A stretch of 64,000 nucleotides of DNA from Myxococcota bacterium (GTDB lineage: Bacteria > Myxococcota_A > UBA9160 > UBA6930): positions 1,536,001 through 1,600,000 of the forward strand of contig OZ245002.1 in NCBI GenBank assembly GCA_965223415.1. Direction: 5' to 3'. Positions 17,790 through 27,756 of the stretch are shown here, one piece after another. A program made the position numbers and the translations under genes. A model generated the notes under the pieces. The model saw only the letters and a list, made by a program, of their open reading frames with translations, was not told where the DNA came from and did no database searches. Numbering within the stretch: position 1 is the first letter of the stretch; every line of letters starts with the position of its first letter.

Positions 17790-18746
17790 ATGCCGAAGCT
17801 CCGGGTCTTCGTCGCCACGCGCCTGCTGGAAGAGGTCCAGGAACGACTCGGCGAGGCCTTCGACGCGACCTTCGTGGAGGCCCGCGAGCCCGGCACGGCG
17901 CTCGCCGCGACCGGGCGGCCCTTCGAAGCGGTGCTGGTCTCCCTCGACGCGCCGCTTCCCGAGACACAGATCCAGGCCCTGCCCGAGAGCGTGGGGGCCA
18001 TCGCCACCTACTCCGTCGGAACGGATCACATCGCGCTCGCCGCGGGCGAGCGGCGCGGCATCGCCGTCTTCAACACCCCCGGCGTGCTGGCAGACTCCGT
18101 CGCCGAGAACGCGATGTTCCTGATGCTGGGCGCCGCCCGACGCGCCACCGAGAGCATCGAGCTCGTGCGCAGCGGCGCCTGGGAAGGATGGAGCGCCACC
18201 CAGCTCGTCGGAACCGAGCTCGCCGGAAAGCGCCTCGGCGTCCTCGGCCTGGGCGACATCGGCGGGCGGATCGCCCTGCGCGCTCGTGCCTTCGGAATGG
18301 AGATCCTCTACTGCAACCGGAAGCCCCTCCCGACCGACCATCCGGCCCGCGGACGCTTCCTGCCGACACCGGCCGCCCTGATCGCCGCCTCCGACGTGCT
18401 CGTGCTCGCGTGCCCTTCGACGCCGGAAACCCGCGGCATCATCGACGCCGAGCTGCTGGCCCGGGCGCCGCGCGAGCTGATCCTGGTGAACATCGCGCGC
18501 GGGGACCTGGTCGACGACGAGGCGCTCGTGGCGGCCCTGCACGAGCGCCGCATCCGGGCAGCGGCGCTCGACGTCTTCGCGGGGGAGCCGGCGTTCCACC
18601 CCGCCTATCTGGAGCTGCCCAACGCGTTCCTCCTGCCCCACATCGGCAGCTCCACGATCGAGGCACGTCGACGCATGGGCGAGATCCTGATCGACGCCCT
18701 CACGAGCTGGGCCGCCGGCGGCGCACCCCTGAACCGTGTCTGCTGA
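17790..18746 (+). CDS. D-2-hydroxyacid dehydrogenase (glyoxylate/hydroxypyruvate reductase-like)
   Basis: SVGTDH, NTPGVL, GLGDIG, NIARG, LDVFAGEP, PHIGS. Confidence 0.93.
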   Translation: MPKLRVFVATRLLEEVQERLGEAFDATFVEAREPGTALAATGRPFEAVLVSLDAPLPETQIQALPESVGAIATYSVGTDHIALAAGERRGIAVFNTPGVLADSVAENAMFLMLGAARRATESIELVRSGAWEGWSATQLVGTELAGKRLGVLGLGDIGGRIALRARAFGMEILYCNRKPLPTDHPARGRFLPTPAALIAASDVLVLACPSTPETRGIIDAELLARAPRELILVNIARGDLVDDEALVAALHERRIRAAALDVFAGEPAFHPAYLELPNAFLLPHIGSSTIEARRRMGEILIDALTSWAAGGAPLNRVC

Positions 18747-18759
18747 TACGCTCGCCGTC

Positions 18760-19269
18760 ATGAACGCTCTCGACACCCTGATCGCGAAGCAGGAGATCCG
18801 CGACGTCCTGTCGCGCTACTGCCGTGGCCTCGATCGCATGGACAAGGAGATGGCCGAGGCGGTCTGGCACGAGGACGGCACGGCGAACTACCTCGAAATG
18901 TACGAGGGCACCGGTCGGGGATTCGTCGACTGGGTCTGGGAAGCCCACGCGGCCATGCAGTGCCATTCCCACCAGATCACCAACGTGCTGATCGAAGTCG
19001 ACGGAGACCGGGCGACGAGTGAAGCCTACGTGACGGTCGTGCTCTGGACGAAGCCTGGCAGGGACGGACGCCAGCGGGAGATCCTGGTGCGGGGCCGCTA
19101 CCTCGATCGCTGGGAGCGGCGCCAGGGGAGCTGGGCGATCGGCCATCGCACGCACGTCGTCGACACCCAGACCGTGTCGAAGCTCGAGCCGGCGCCCGTG
19201 AGCGCAGCGTCGGCTCGCGACGAGAGCGACCCCTCCTTCGCGTTCATCCCGAAGGCGGGCCGGGAGTGA
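18760..19269 (+). CDS. SnoaL-like/NTF2 family protein
   Basis: IRDVLSRYCRGLDR, HQITNVLIEVDGDRA, GRYLDRW. Confidence 0.88.
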   Translation: MNALDTLIAKQEIRDVLSRYCRGLDRMDKEMAEAVWHEDGTANYLEMYEGTGRGFVDWVWEAHAAMQCHSHQITNVLIEVDGDRATSEAYVTVVLWTKPGRDGRQREILVRGRYLDRWERRQGSWAIGHRTHVVDTQTVSKLEPAPVSAASARDESDPSFAFIPKAGRE

Positions 19270-20132
19270 GCCGCACCGCCCGAGCGTGGGCGTCCATGGG
19301 GTCGATCCTCGCCGCCGGGACCGCGATCGCGTGGGCCGGCAGCCAGGGCAGCGTGCTCGCGTGGGGCGTGCCGCTCTTCGCCCTGTGCGGCGCCCTCTCG
19401 TTCGCCGTCAACTGGGCGGCCTTCGTTCCCGCCTACGTCCTCCAGACCGAGCACTACTTCGACCTGATGGGCAGCGTCACCCACTGCACCCTGATGCTGT
19501 CCGGCCTGGCCCTGGGCGGCGCAGCGGATGCCCGCAGCGCGCTGCTGGCCGCCCTCGTCGTCGCCTGGGCGCTCCGTCTCGGCTCGTTCCTCTTCACGCG
19601 CATCCGGCAGGACGGAAGCGACGGACGCTTCGACGCCATGAAGCCCCACTTCCCGACCTTCCTCATGGTGTGGACGCTGCAGGGGCTTTGGGTCTTCGTC
19701 ACGGTCTCCTGCGCCCTCGCCGCCGTCACCTCGGCGCGGAAGGCCCCCCTTGGCTGGCCGGCTCTGGTCGGAACCGCCCTCTACACCGCGGGCCTCGCCA
19801 TCGAGGTGACCGCAGACCGCCAGAAGCGCGCCTTCCGCGCCGCCCCGGCCAACCGCGGCCGCTTCATCACGTCGGGTCTCTGGAGCCGCTCCCGCCATCC
19901 GAACTACTTCGGCGAGATCCTGCTTTGGTGCGGCATCGCCCTGGTCGCCGCGCCGGCGCTCTCGGGCTGGCAGTTCGTGACCTTGGTGTCGCCAGTGTTC
20001 GTGTACTTCCTGCTCATGCGAGTGAGCGGAGTTCCGCTCCTGGAGGCGCGGGCGAAGCGGAAGTGGGGCGAGGAGCCGGAGTACCGGGCGTACAAGCGGC
20101 AGACGCCGGTGCTCGTGCCGCGACTCTGGTGA
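19266..20132 (+). CDS. DUF1295 / steroid 5-alpha-reductase-like membrane protein
   Basis: WALRLG, DGRFD, ADRQK, GLWSRSRHPNYFGE, SGVPLLE. Confidence 0.9.
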   Translation: MSRTARAWASMGSILAAGTAIAWAGSQGSVLAWGVPLFALCGALSFAVNWAAFVPAYVLQTEHYFDLMGSVTHCTLMLSGLALGGAADARSALLAALVVAWALRLGSFLFTRIRQDGSDGRFDAMKPHFPTFLMVWTLQGLWVFVTVSCALAAVTSARKAPLGWPALVGTALYTAGLAIEVTADRQKRAFRAAPANRGRFITSGLWSRSRHPNYFGEILLWCGIALVAAPALSGWQFVTLVSPVFVYFLLMRVSGVPLLEARAKRKWGEEPEYRAYKRQTPVLVPRLW

Positions 20133-20195
20133 GAGGGTACTCGAGGCTTGGGTTCGGTTGGGATGGGGCGCGGTTGGAGTGCTTCGCGGCTTCCT

Positions 20196-21344
20196 TCACT
20201 CCTCCGCGTCGTCCGCCTCCCACTGGAACCGCTCGAACAGATCGGCGAGCTCCGTGCGGATCGCGTCCGCTTCGAGGCCGAACTCCTCGAGGCTGTAGCT
20301 GTGCTGGGTCTTGTGCTTCCGCTCCTGCTTGCCCTCGCTGGCGAGCTGCTCGCGGAAGGCGTCGGTCATCGGGAGACCGAGGTCCTGGTAGACGCGCTCG
20401 ATGGTGGCGGCAGGGTCGGAGGTGAGGTCCCGGTAGTCGACGACGGCGCCCCGGGTTCCGGGGGTGGCGTCCAGGCTCTCGAGGGGATGCCGGTAGGTGT
20501 GCCAGGACTGCTCGGCGAGCACGCGCAGGCAGCCGCGCTGACGGTCCTCGTCCCAGCCGAGCTGCTTCCAGGCGGCGCGCATCAGCTTGAGCAGGCTGGG
20601 GATCGTCTCCCGGGGGTCGCGCACGTTCACCACGATCCGTGCGTCCGGGAAGGCCTCGATCAGGCATGCCACGCGCCCGGACCAGAGGGGGTTCTTCGCC
20701 AGGTGGGTCTTCTCGGGACCGTTCAGGTAGAGCTGGCGGCGGACCACGTCGCGATAGAACTCGTTCACCCGGCGTCGCTTCCGCTCCGACCAGCGCGCCA
20801 TGTGGTAGAAGTCGAGATCCTCCATCCAGGGCATCTTCGTGATCCAGAAGCCCGAGGCCATGGAGTAGAAGAGCGAGATGTCGTCCTCTTCGGGGATCGT
20901 GAGGCCCATCTCGTGCATGTGCCGCATGGCCCCGTAGCGGCGCTCCTCCCACGCGGCGACCCGCCGGGCGAGCCATCCGCCGAGCACGCGGCGGTCGAAG
21001 GCCGCGCCGGCGCGGATCAGCTGCTTCTGGAGGAGGGAAGGGAAGTAGCACTCGTAGAGCAGGAAGGAGCTGAAGCGGCCGCTGTCCTGGCCCATCAACC
21101 GGTGGGCGAGGGTCGTGCCACTGCGGGCGTGCCCCACCATGAAGATCGGGGCCTTCATCTCGACCCTGCGGAGCCCCGGGAAGAGCAGGCCGTCCAGGAA
21201 GAAGCAGATCGCGTGGAAGCTTGCGACCACGGGGACCCAGAGGCACAGCACCGCCAGGTAGTAGAAGCGCGCCCGGGGCTCCTTCTCGCCCCAGGCGAGC
21301 CGGATCATCTTGAAGTAGTTGGCGAAATCGAAGTGGAAGAGCAC
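20196..21344 (-). CDS. Sulfotransferase family protein
   Basis: PAPS-binding GHARSGTT, KNP, RDPRETIPS. Confidence 0.88.
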   Translation of the reverse strand: MLFHFDFANYFKMIRLAWGEKEPRARFYYLAVLCLWVPVVASFHAICFFLDGLLFPGLRRVEMKAPIFMVGHARSGTTLAHRLMGQDSGRFSSFLLYECYFPSLLQKQLIRAGAAFDRRVLGGWLARRVAAWEERRYGAMRHMHEMGLTIPEEDDISLFYSMASGFWITKMPWMEDLDFYHMARWSERKRRRVNEFYRDVVRRQLYLNGPEKTHLAKNPLWSGRVACLIEAFPDARIVVNVRDPRETIPSLLKLMRAAWKQLGWDEDRQRGCLRVLAEQSWHTYRHPLESLDATPGTRGAVVDYRDLTSDPAATIERVYQDLGLPMTDAFREQLASEGKQERKHKTQHSYSLEEFGLEADAIRTELADLFERFQWEADDAEE

Positions 21345-21348
21345 GGGC

Positions 21349-22200
21349 TCAGGCCGTGGCCTCGACGTCCGCCTCCAGGAAGGCGTCGCCGAGGATCTCG
21401 GTCCCGTCGAGGCTGTGCACCCTGCCGCCGACCTCGTGGACGAGATCGCGGCTGAACACGACCCTTCCCACGTGGCGACCCGTGCAGAGCTCCAGCGCCG
21501 CCTGGGCCATCATCTCGACGGGCTCGACCATGTCCGGATTCTTGCGCGCGATGTCCCGCACGTAGTCGGCTCCCTGGGTGAGGACGATGGCGACGGGCGC
21601 CATGGCGTTCACGAACACGTCGCTCTCGGCGAGCTCGTGGGCGAGGGCCTGGGTGTAGCGATCGAGGGCCGCCTTGGTGGCGCCGTAGGGCCCGATGACG
21701 AGCGCCGCGGTCTTGGAATCCCGGTAGGGGACGGCCGGCTGGAACGAAGTGGCGCTGCTGATGTTCAGGATCCAGCCGGCGCCCTTCGCCTTCATCGCGG
21801 GAATCGCCTGCTGGGCGAGATCGACGGGCGCGTTCACGTTGACCTCGAACATCGTGCGCCGATCCTCGAGGCTCGACTGGCTGGGGAGCTTCATCGTCGC
21901 GACGGCTGCGTTGTTCACCAGGATGTCGATCGGGCCGAAGGCCTCGCTCGCCCGCTCGACCAGGTCGGCGCGCGCCTCCCCGTCGGAGAGATCCGCCGCG
22001 ACGGCCGCAGCCTTGCCTCCCGCGGCCTGGATCTCCGAGACCGCCTCTTCGAGCGTGCCCTGGAGCCGGCCGTGGGCGCCGAGACGCGAGGCGTTTAGCA
22101 CCACCGAGGCGCCTTCCGCAGCGAAGCGGCGCGCGATGGCGCGGCCGATGCCGCGGCTGGCGCCGGTAACGAAGGCCACTTTGCCGTCGCAGCGTCCCAT
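21349..22200 (-). CDS. Short-chain dehydrogenase/reductase
   Basis: TGASRGIG, NNAA, YGATK. Confidence 0.93.
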   Translation of the reverse strand: MGRCDGKVAFVTGASRGIGRAIARRFAAEGASVVLNASRLGAHGRLQGTLEEAVSEIQAAGGKAAAVAADLSDGEARADLVERASEAFGPIDILVNNAAVATMKLPSQSSLEDRRTMFEVNVNAPVDLAQQAIPAMKAKGAGWILNISSATSFQPAVPYRDSKTAALVIGPYGATKAALDRYTQALAHELAESDVFVNAMAPVAIVLTQGADYVRDIARKNPDMVEPVEMMAQAALELCTGRHVGRVVFSRDLVHEVGGRVHSLDGTEILGDAFLEADVEATA

Positions 22201-22265
22201 GAGCCGATCCTCCCTTTGCGTGGACCGGCCATCCTACCACCGTTCGTCGTGGCAACCGCGCGGCT

Positions 22266-22688
22266 CTAGGCCGCGGGCTCCGCGTCGCCCCGGGCGCGGC
22301 CCAGGCGCAACACCCACAGGCCCGCGGCGGCGCCGGCGATCTCGAGGCCGAGCAGGACCCGGGCGAAGCCCACCGGCGGCCCGTCCACGGCGATGCTCAC
22401 GAACCGTCCCGCCACCAGGCCGCCGACCAGGAGCAGCCAGAGCTGGAGGAGCGGTCTCCAGAGGCCGGGCCGCAGCGCGCCGGCCAGGAAGAGGCCCGCG
22501 ATCGCGAGCTGCATGCCGCCGTACATGGCCCGCGCCTCGTTCAGGGCGTCGACCGCCGGGAGCACGATACCGACACGCCCGAGGAGGGCCTCGGGATCGA
22601 CGACGCCCGGCAGCCCGACGGCGAGGAAGACCAGCCCCGCGAGGGCCAGAAAGGCCTGCACGATCCGATCACGCGTGTGCTCGGCCAT
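22266..22688 (-). CDS. DUF4345-like membrane protein
   Basis: 4 TMs; NEARAMYGG, GRFVSIAVDGPP, LE. Confidence 0.8.
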   Translation of the reverse strand: MAEHTRDRIVQAFLALAGLVFLAVGLPGVVDPEALLGRVGIVLPAVDALNEARAMYGGMQLAIAGLFLAGALRPGLWRPLLQLWLLLVGGLVAGRFVSIAVDGPPVGFARVLLGLEIAGAAAGLWVLRLGRARGDAEPAA

Positions 22689-22761
22689 GACCGGGAGCCT
22701 ACACGCCCCTCCCGCGAAGGGCCTGCGCGAGCCGAAGCGGGTCGTGTACGGTTGCGGTGTG

Positions 22762-23163
22762 ATGCGAGCCGCCGCCCGACTCCTGCTCCCGCTCCTCGCC
22801 GCTGCGCTGGCCGGCTGCGCCGGAACCGCCTCCCTCTTCGACTTCGACGCGCCCGCCTTCGAGACCGTCGTCTCGCGCTACTCGGCCATGGAGGACCGGA
22901 AGGCCCTGGCGCTGGCCACCGAGGCGAACGGGCGCTTCGCCTGGGGCATCGCCACCGGCGAGGCGAGCGAGGCAGACGCGCGTGCCGGCGCCGCCGATCG
23001 CTGTCGCCGCGCCGCCCGCTCCGGCGGAATGCGCGCCGACTGCCACGCGTTCGCGGTGGACGACGCGCCGGCCCGGGACACCGTGGAGGGCTGCGCAGCC
23101 CGGCAGCTCCCGTCCCGCCGCTGCTTCATGCAGCGCCAGTTCCAGGGGAAGCTCGGCCGGTAG
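22762..23163 (+). CDS. Lipoprotein, DUF4189-like Cys-containing domain
   Basis: Lipobox LAGC; KALALA...AWG...ARAGAADRC...C pattern. Confidence 0.68.
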   Translation: MRAAARLLLPLLAAALAGCAGTASLFDFDAPAFETVVSRYSAMEDRKALALATEANGRFAWGIATGEASEADARAGAADRCRRAARSGGMRADCHAFAVDDAPARDTVEGCAARQLPSRRCFMQRQFQGKLGR

Positions 23164-23173
23164 GCCGGCGCGC

Positions 23174-24010
23174 TCAGATCGCGACGGTCCCCTCGACGAC
23201 GGTGACGCAGCGCCCGCCGACCTCGATGCGGTCGCCGAGGGTCACCTGGATCCGGCCGTCGCGGCCGAGGAAGCGGCCCTGGCGGGCTTCGTACCGACTG
23301 CCCGTCAGCGCATCGACGCCGGTCGTGCGCAGGTGCTGACCGGCGGCCGCGTTCCCACTCCCGCACACCGGGTCCTCGTCGATGCCGTCGGCGGGGGCGA
23401 AGGATCGCACCTCGACCCCGCCGTCGGCGGCGACGGCGTAGACGTTGAGGCCGTCCCAGCCTCCCTCCTCCGTCGCCGTGGCGATCGCCACGAAGTCCGG
23501 GCGCAGCCGATCCAGGTCACCGGCCCGCTCCAGGCGCACGGTGAGCCAGCGCGGCCCGACGTCGATGAGCAGGGGATCCTGCACCGGAACCCCGCCGAGC
23601 AACGCTTCGAAGCGCTCCGGCGGCGACGTGGAGGCTCCGACCTTCGCGGGTGGTGCGCTGAAGACCAGGGCCCCGTCGGCCTCGAGCCGGATCGGGATCG
23701 GCCCTGCGGCACACTCCTGCACGATGCGTTCCTTCCGCGGGAATCGTCCGGCCTCGAGGAGGGCGTGGCAGGTACCGAGGGTCGGGTGGCCCGCGAAGGG
23801 AAGCTCCTGGCGGGGCGTAAAGATGCGGACGAGGTAGTCGGCGCCCGCCGCCGTCGCCGGAAGGACGAAGGTGGTCTCGGAGAGATTCGTCCAGCGGGCG
23901 AATCGGACCATCTCCTCGTCCGAGAGGCCCTCTCCGTCGAGGACGACGGCGACCGGGTTCCCCAGGCCCGGCTGGTCGCTGAACACGTCCACCTGCTGGA
24001 AGCTCCGCAT
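23174..24010 (-). CDS. PhzF family isomerase/epimerase
   Basis: QVDVF, GNPVAVV, NLSETTF, ELPFAGHPT, EDPVCGSGN. Confidence 0.93.
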   Translation of the reverse strand: MRSFQQVDVFSDQPGLGNPVAVVLDGEGLSDEEMVRFARWTNLSETTFVLPATAAGADYLVRIFTPRQELPFAGHPTLGTCHALLEAGRFPRKERIVQECAAGPIPIRLEADGALVFSAPPAKVGASTSPPERFEALLGGVPVQDPLLIDVGPRWLTVRLERAGDLDRLRPDFVAIATATEEGGWDGLNVYAVAADGGVEVRSFAPADGIDEDPVCGSGNAAAGQHLRTTGVDALTGSRYEARQGRFLGRDGRIQVTLGDRIEVGGRCVTVVEGTVAI

Positions 24011-24185
24011 GCAGGGAGGGTGCGCCGGCTCCCGCGGATCGGCCATCCGTCAAGCGCTCCGGTCCTGCCCACCACCGAACCGGACACGGACCGGACAATC
24101 CCGGGCGCAGCGTCCGGGCTGAGGGCATTCCGGAGGTTTCGGCCGTCCCTGCCCGGAGCCGCAAGGGACGTGCCCGGGCGGCCGT

Positions 24186-25319
24186 TCAGCTGGTGGCCGC
24201 ACCCGTGAGCAGCTCCCGCACGACCAGCAGCTTCATCACCTCTTCGGCACCGTCGCCGATCTGCCATCCGATCACGTCACGCAGGCGCTGCTGGATCGGG
24301 AGCTGCTTGGTGTAGCCGTAGTGGCCGTGGAGCGTCAGACACTTGTGGATGACGTCGGCGGCGGTCTTCGGCGCCCACCATTTGACCATCGCGCCCTCGT
24401 GGCGGCAGGGCATGTCGTTCTGCCGCATCCACAGCACGCGGTAGCAGCCCAGCCGGGCGTGATCGAGCAGGGTCACGCCTTCGGCCAGGGGAAAGGTCAC
24501 TCCCTGGTGCGCGGTCATGGGCTGCCCGAACACGTGCCGCTTGCTCGCGTAGTTCACAGTCTCCGCGACGCTCTGGAGCGCGGCGCCGACGCACTTGAGC
24601 CCGATGATCGCCCGGTTGACGTCGAAGAAGCGGCTGATGCGGATGAAGGCGGTGCCCGGTGGGCCGACCATCGCGTCCGCGGGCACCCTGACGTCGTCCA
24701 TTCGCAGGATCCCACGCGGGACGGCGCGGCATCCGAGATCGTCGTAGGGCTCGAAGGAAAGGCCCTTCGTGTCCCGGGGAACCAGGAAGCCCGAGATCCC
24801 CTGCCAGCCGCTGGCCTTCGGATCGGTGCGGACGAACACGTAGAAGACGTCGGCGTTCAGGAAGCTGACCGAGTTCTTCACGCCGGAGAGCACCCACTCG
24901 TCGGCCTGCGGCCCCCCCGTGGCTTCGAGGCGGGCCATGTCCGAGCCGGCGGCGGGCTCGGTGATGCCGAGGGCGATGGTCGCGCGACCGGACAGGAGCT
25001 CTTCCGCCCACCGCTCGCTCTGCGCGGCGGAGAAGTCGGACATGAACTGGCTCTGATAGGGACGGCCCAGGGTCGGCAGCACGCAGTTGAAGTCGCCCCG
25101 AGCGACCTCCTCGGCGGTGATGCCGACGCTGACCAGGTCCCAGCCTGCCTCCCGTCCTCGCCAGAAGTCCTCGGCGAAGCGATTGATGCGCCGGATCTGA
25201 TCGTGGGGGTAGGCCTCGCGGTCGCCCTCGGCGTAGCGCGGGAGGAGCTCGTCCCGAGCGATGCGGCGCAACGCCTCGCGGTACTCCTCCTGGTCCGGCG
25301 TGAAGCTGAAGTCGAGCAT
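24186..25319 (-). CDS. Acyl-CoA dehydrogenase, cyclohexanecarboxyl-CoA dehydrogenase (AliB)-like
   Basis: ITEPAAGSD, EEVARGDFN, KWWAPK, QQRLRDVIGWQIGDG. Confidence 0.88.
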   Translation of the reverse strand: MLDFSFTPDQEEYREALRRIARDELLPRYAEGDREAYPHDQIRRINRFAEDFWRGREAGWDLVSVGITAEEVARGDFNCVLPTLGRPYQSQFMSDFSAAQSERWAEELLSGRATIALGITEPAAGSDMARLEATGGPQADEWVLSGVKNSVSFLNADVFYVFVRTDPKASGWQGISGFLVPRDTKGLSFEPYDDLGCRAVPRGILRMDDVRVPADAMVGPPGTAFIRISRFFDVNRAIIGLKCVGAALQSVAETVNYASKRHVFGQPMTAHQGVTFPLAEGVTLLDHARLGCYRVLWMRQNDMPCRHEGAMVKWWAPKTAADVIHKCLTLHGHYGYTKQLPIQQRLRDVIGWQIGDGAEEVMKLLVVRELLTGAATS

Positions 25320-25386
25320 CGAGCCTTCGGTCCCGCCACCGCCTCCCGTCTGGTGTTCTCGGGACGCCCAGTCTAGCGTGGACGCC

Positions 25387-25902
25387 ATGCCGGATGCCCT
25401 TCCCGCCGATCTCCAGAGGCTCCTCGACGAGCGCGCGATCACCGAGGTGCTGCACCGCTACTGCCGCGGCGTCGACCGGCTGCACGAGGAGCTCCTCGCT
25501 TCCGCCTATCACGAGGACAGCCACGACGACCACGGCCTCTTCAAGGGCACGGGGCGCGAGTTCGCGCGCTTCGTGGTGAAGGTGCTGCGGGAGCACGCCG
25601 ACGCGACCCAGCACTGCCTGACGAACGTGAGGATCGAGGTGGACGGCGAGGTGGCCCATTGCGAGAGCTACGTCGTCGCCCGGCACTGGCGGGAACGAGA
25701 GGACAGCACGCGGCTCGAGACCGCCGGCGGGCGCTATATCGACCGCCTCGACAGGCGGAGCGGCGAGTGGAAGATCGCGCACCGCGTGGTCGTGCTCGAG
25801 TGGGGCACCGTCGAAGAGGTCGTCCGCCCCTTCCCGATGGAGGGCTACGAGCGCGGCCGACGCTCCCGCGACGATCTCTCCTACCGTCGGCCTCTTCCAT
25901 GA
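25387..25902 (+). CDS. SnoaL-like/NTF2 family protein
   Basis: ITEVLHRYCRGVDR, HCLTNVRIEVDG, GRYIDRL, WKIAHR. Confidence 0.88.
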   Translation: MPDALPADLQRLLDERAITEVLHRYCRGVDRLHEELLASAYHEDSHDDHGLFKGTGREFARFVVKVLREHADATQHCLTNVRIEVDGEVAHCESYVVARHWREREDSTRLETAGGRYIDRLDRRSGEWKIAHRVVVLEWGTVEEVVRPFPMEGYERGRRSRDDLSYRRPLP

Positions 25903-26010
25903 GGCCGGGCTCATCGACGCCGGCGCTCACTCGCGTACCATGAAGCCGGATCTCGCGGCCGCCCGGGGACGACGGACGCCTCGACACCGCGGGCCCGCAG
26001 GGAGTCCTCC

Positions 26011-27756
26011 ATGACCCAGGTAGACGGCGGCGAGCTGTTCGTCCGCGTGCTCCGCAGCGCGGGCATCGACACCGTGTTCACCCTTCACGGCGGCCACCTG
26101 GACGCGATCCTCCAGGCCGCGGCGGCGGACGGCATGCGCCTGGTCGACATGCGCCACGAGCAGGCCGCGGGCCACGCCGCCGACGGCTGGGCGCGAACCA
26201 CCGGACAGGTGGGGGTCGCGATCGTCACCGCGGGGCCGGGCTTCACGGATTGTGTGACTGCCATCGCCAACGCCTACCTCGATTGCGTGCCCACGCTCTT
26301 CGTCGCCGGCGCCGCTCCCCTGCGGGAGGCGGAGACCCTTCCGCTCCAGGGCGGCATCGACCAGGTCGCGATGGTCGCGCCCATCACCAAGTGGGCGCTC
26401 CAGGTGACCCATACCGAGCGCATTCCCGACCTGACCGCCCAGGCCCTGCGCGTCGCCAGCTCCGGGCGGCCCGGTCCGGTGTTCCTCGAGCTTCCCATCG
26501 ACGTGCTCTTCTCGCGGGTCGACGAGGGGGCCGTGCGCATGCCGACGCGCATCGCCCCGGACGCCGCTCCCGCGCCGCCGGCGCGCAGCGTGGAGCAGGT
26601 GGTGGACCTGCTGCGCGAGGCCGAGCGTCCCGCCATCCTGGCGGGCGGGGGCGTCTGGTTCTCGGGAGGCGGAGCGGAGCTCCTGGCCCTGGCCCGCCGC
26701 ACCCGCACGCCGGTCTTCTCCAACGCCAAGGCTCACGGCCTCGTGCCGGGAGCCGACCCGCTGTGCGGCCGCGGCTTCGCGAACCTCGCGATCGCCGCGG
26801 CGGTCGGCGCCGAAGCGGACCTGGTCCTCGTGCTGGGCGCGCGCCTCGGCCTCTTCACCGGCGGCCGGGGCGCGCGGCTCATTCCCACCGGCGCGCGGCT
26901 GGTGCAGATCGACATCGCCGCCGAGGAGATCGGCCGCAACCGGGAGCCGGACCTGGCGATCGTCGCCGACTGCCGGGAGGCCCTGGCGGCCCTCGACGAG
27001 GTGGCCGCCGGGCACGCATGGCCCGAGCGCAGCGAGTGGCTCCGCGCGATCCAAGGCGTGCGAGAGGGCCACCGGGCGAGCTTCGCGGCGGCCCTGGAGC
27101 AGGACAAGCCGCCGATCCATCCCTACCGCCTGGCCTCGGAGGTGGCGGCGGCCCTTCCCGAGGGCACGATCGTGACCGCCGACGGGGGCGAGACCGCCTC
27201 CTGGATGGACATGGTCGCCCGCGTCCCCGCCGGCGGGAGCTGGATGTCCCACGGCTACCTGGGCTGCCTCGGCACGGGCATGCCCTTCGCGATCGCAGCG
27301 AAGGTGGCGCATCCGGATCGCCCGGTGCTCTGCATCGTGGGCGACGGCTCCGTCGGGCTGAACTTCTCCGAGTTCGACACGATGGTGCGTCACCAGCTCC
27401 CGATCGTGACGGTCGTGAACAACGATCAGATCTGGGGCATGTCCGCCCATGGCCAAGACCTCATCTACGGCGAGGGCAAGCGCGTGGTGACGGAGCTGGG
27501 ACCGACCCGTTACGACCTGGCGGCGGCGGGATTCGGCGTCCACGCGGAGCACGTGACGGAGCCCGGGGACCTCCCGGCGGCCCTCGAGCGGGCCTTCGCG
27601 AGCGGAAAGCCCGCCTGCGTCAACGTCATGTCGGATCCGTCGGTGATCGCGCCGGTGACGGTCTCGATGGTGGGGGCACCCCGGCCCAAGGAGCCCGCCG
27701 GAGAGAGCGAGTCGATCCAGATCCCCTACTACGAAGACATCGAGGAGTCCCGGTGA
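26011..27756 (+). CDS. ThDP-dependent enzyme, benzaldehyde lyase / 2-hydroxyacyl-CoA lyase-like
   Basis: LHGGH, RHEQAAGHAA, LQGGIDQVAM, HGYLGCLG, GDGSVG...NN ThDP motif. Confidence 0.9.
   Translation: MTQVDGGELFVRVLRSAGIDTVFTLHGGHLDAILQAAAADGMRLVDMRHEQAAGHAADGWARTTGQVGVAIVTAGPGFTDCVTAIANAYLDCVPTLFVAGAAPLREAETLPLQGGIDQVAMVAPITKWALQVTHTERIPDLTAQALRVASSGRPGPVFLELPIDVLFSRVDEGAVRMPTRIAPDAAPAPPARSVEQVVDLLREAERPAILAGGGVWFSGGGAELLALARRTRTPVFSNAKAHGLVPGADPLCGRGFANLAIAAAVGAEADLVLVLGARLGLFTGGRGARLIPTGARLVQIDIAAEEIGRNREPDLAIVADCREALAALDEVAAGHAWPERSEWLRAIQGVREGHRASFAAALEQDKPPIHPYRLASEVAAALPEGTIVTADGGETASWMDMVARVPAGGSWMSHGYLGCLGTGMPFAIAAKVAHPDRPVLCIVGDGSVGLNFSEFDTMVRHQLPIVTVVNNDQIWGMSAHGQDLIYGEGKRVVTELGPTRYDLAAAGFGVHAEHVTEPGDLPAALERAFASGKPACVNVMSDPSVIAPVTVSMVGAPRPKEPAGESESIQIPYYEDIEESR

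Noticed and set aside
23174..24010. Phenazine biosynthesis cluster
   Set aside because: This is a lone PhzF-family gene with no other phz genes.
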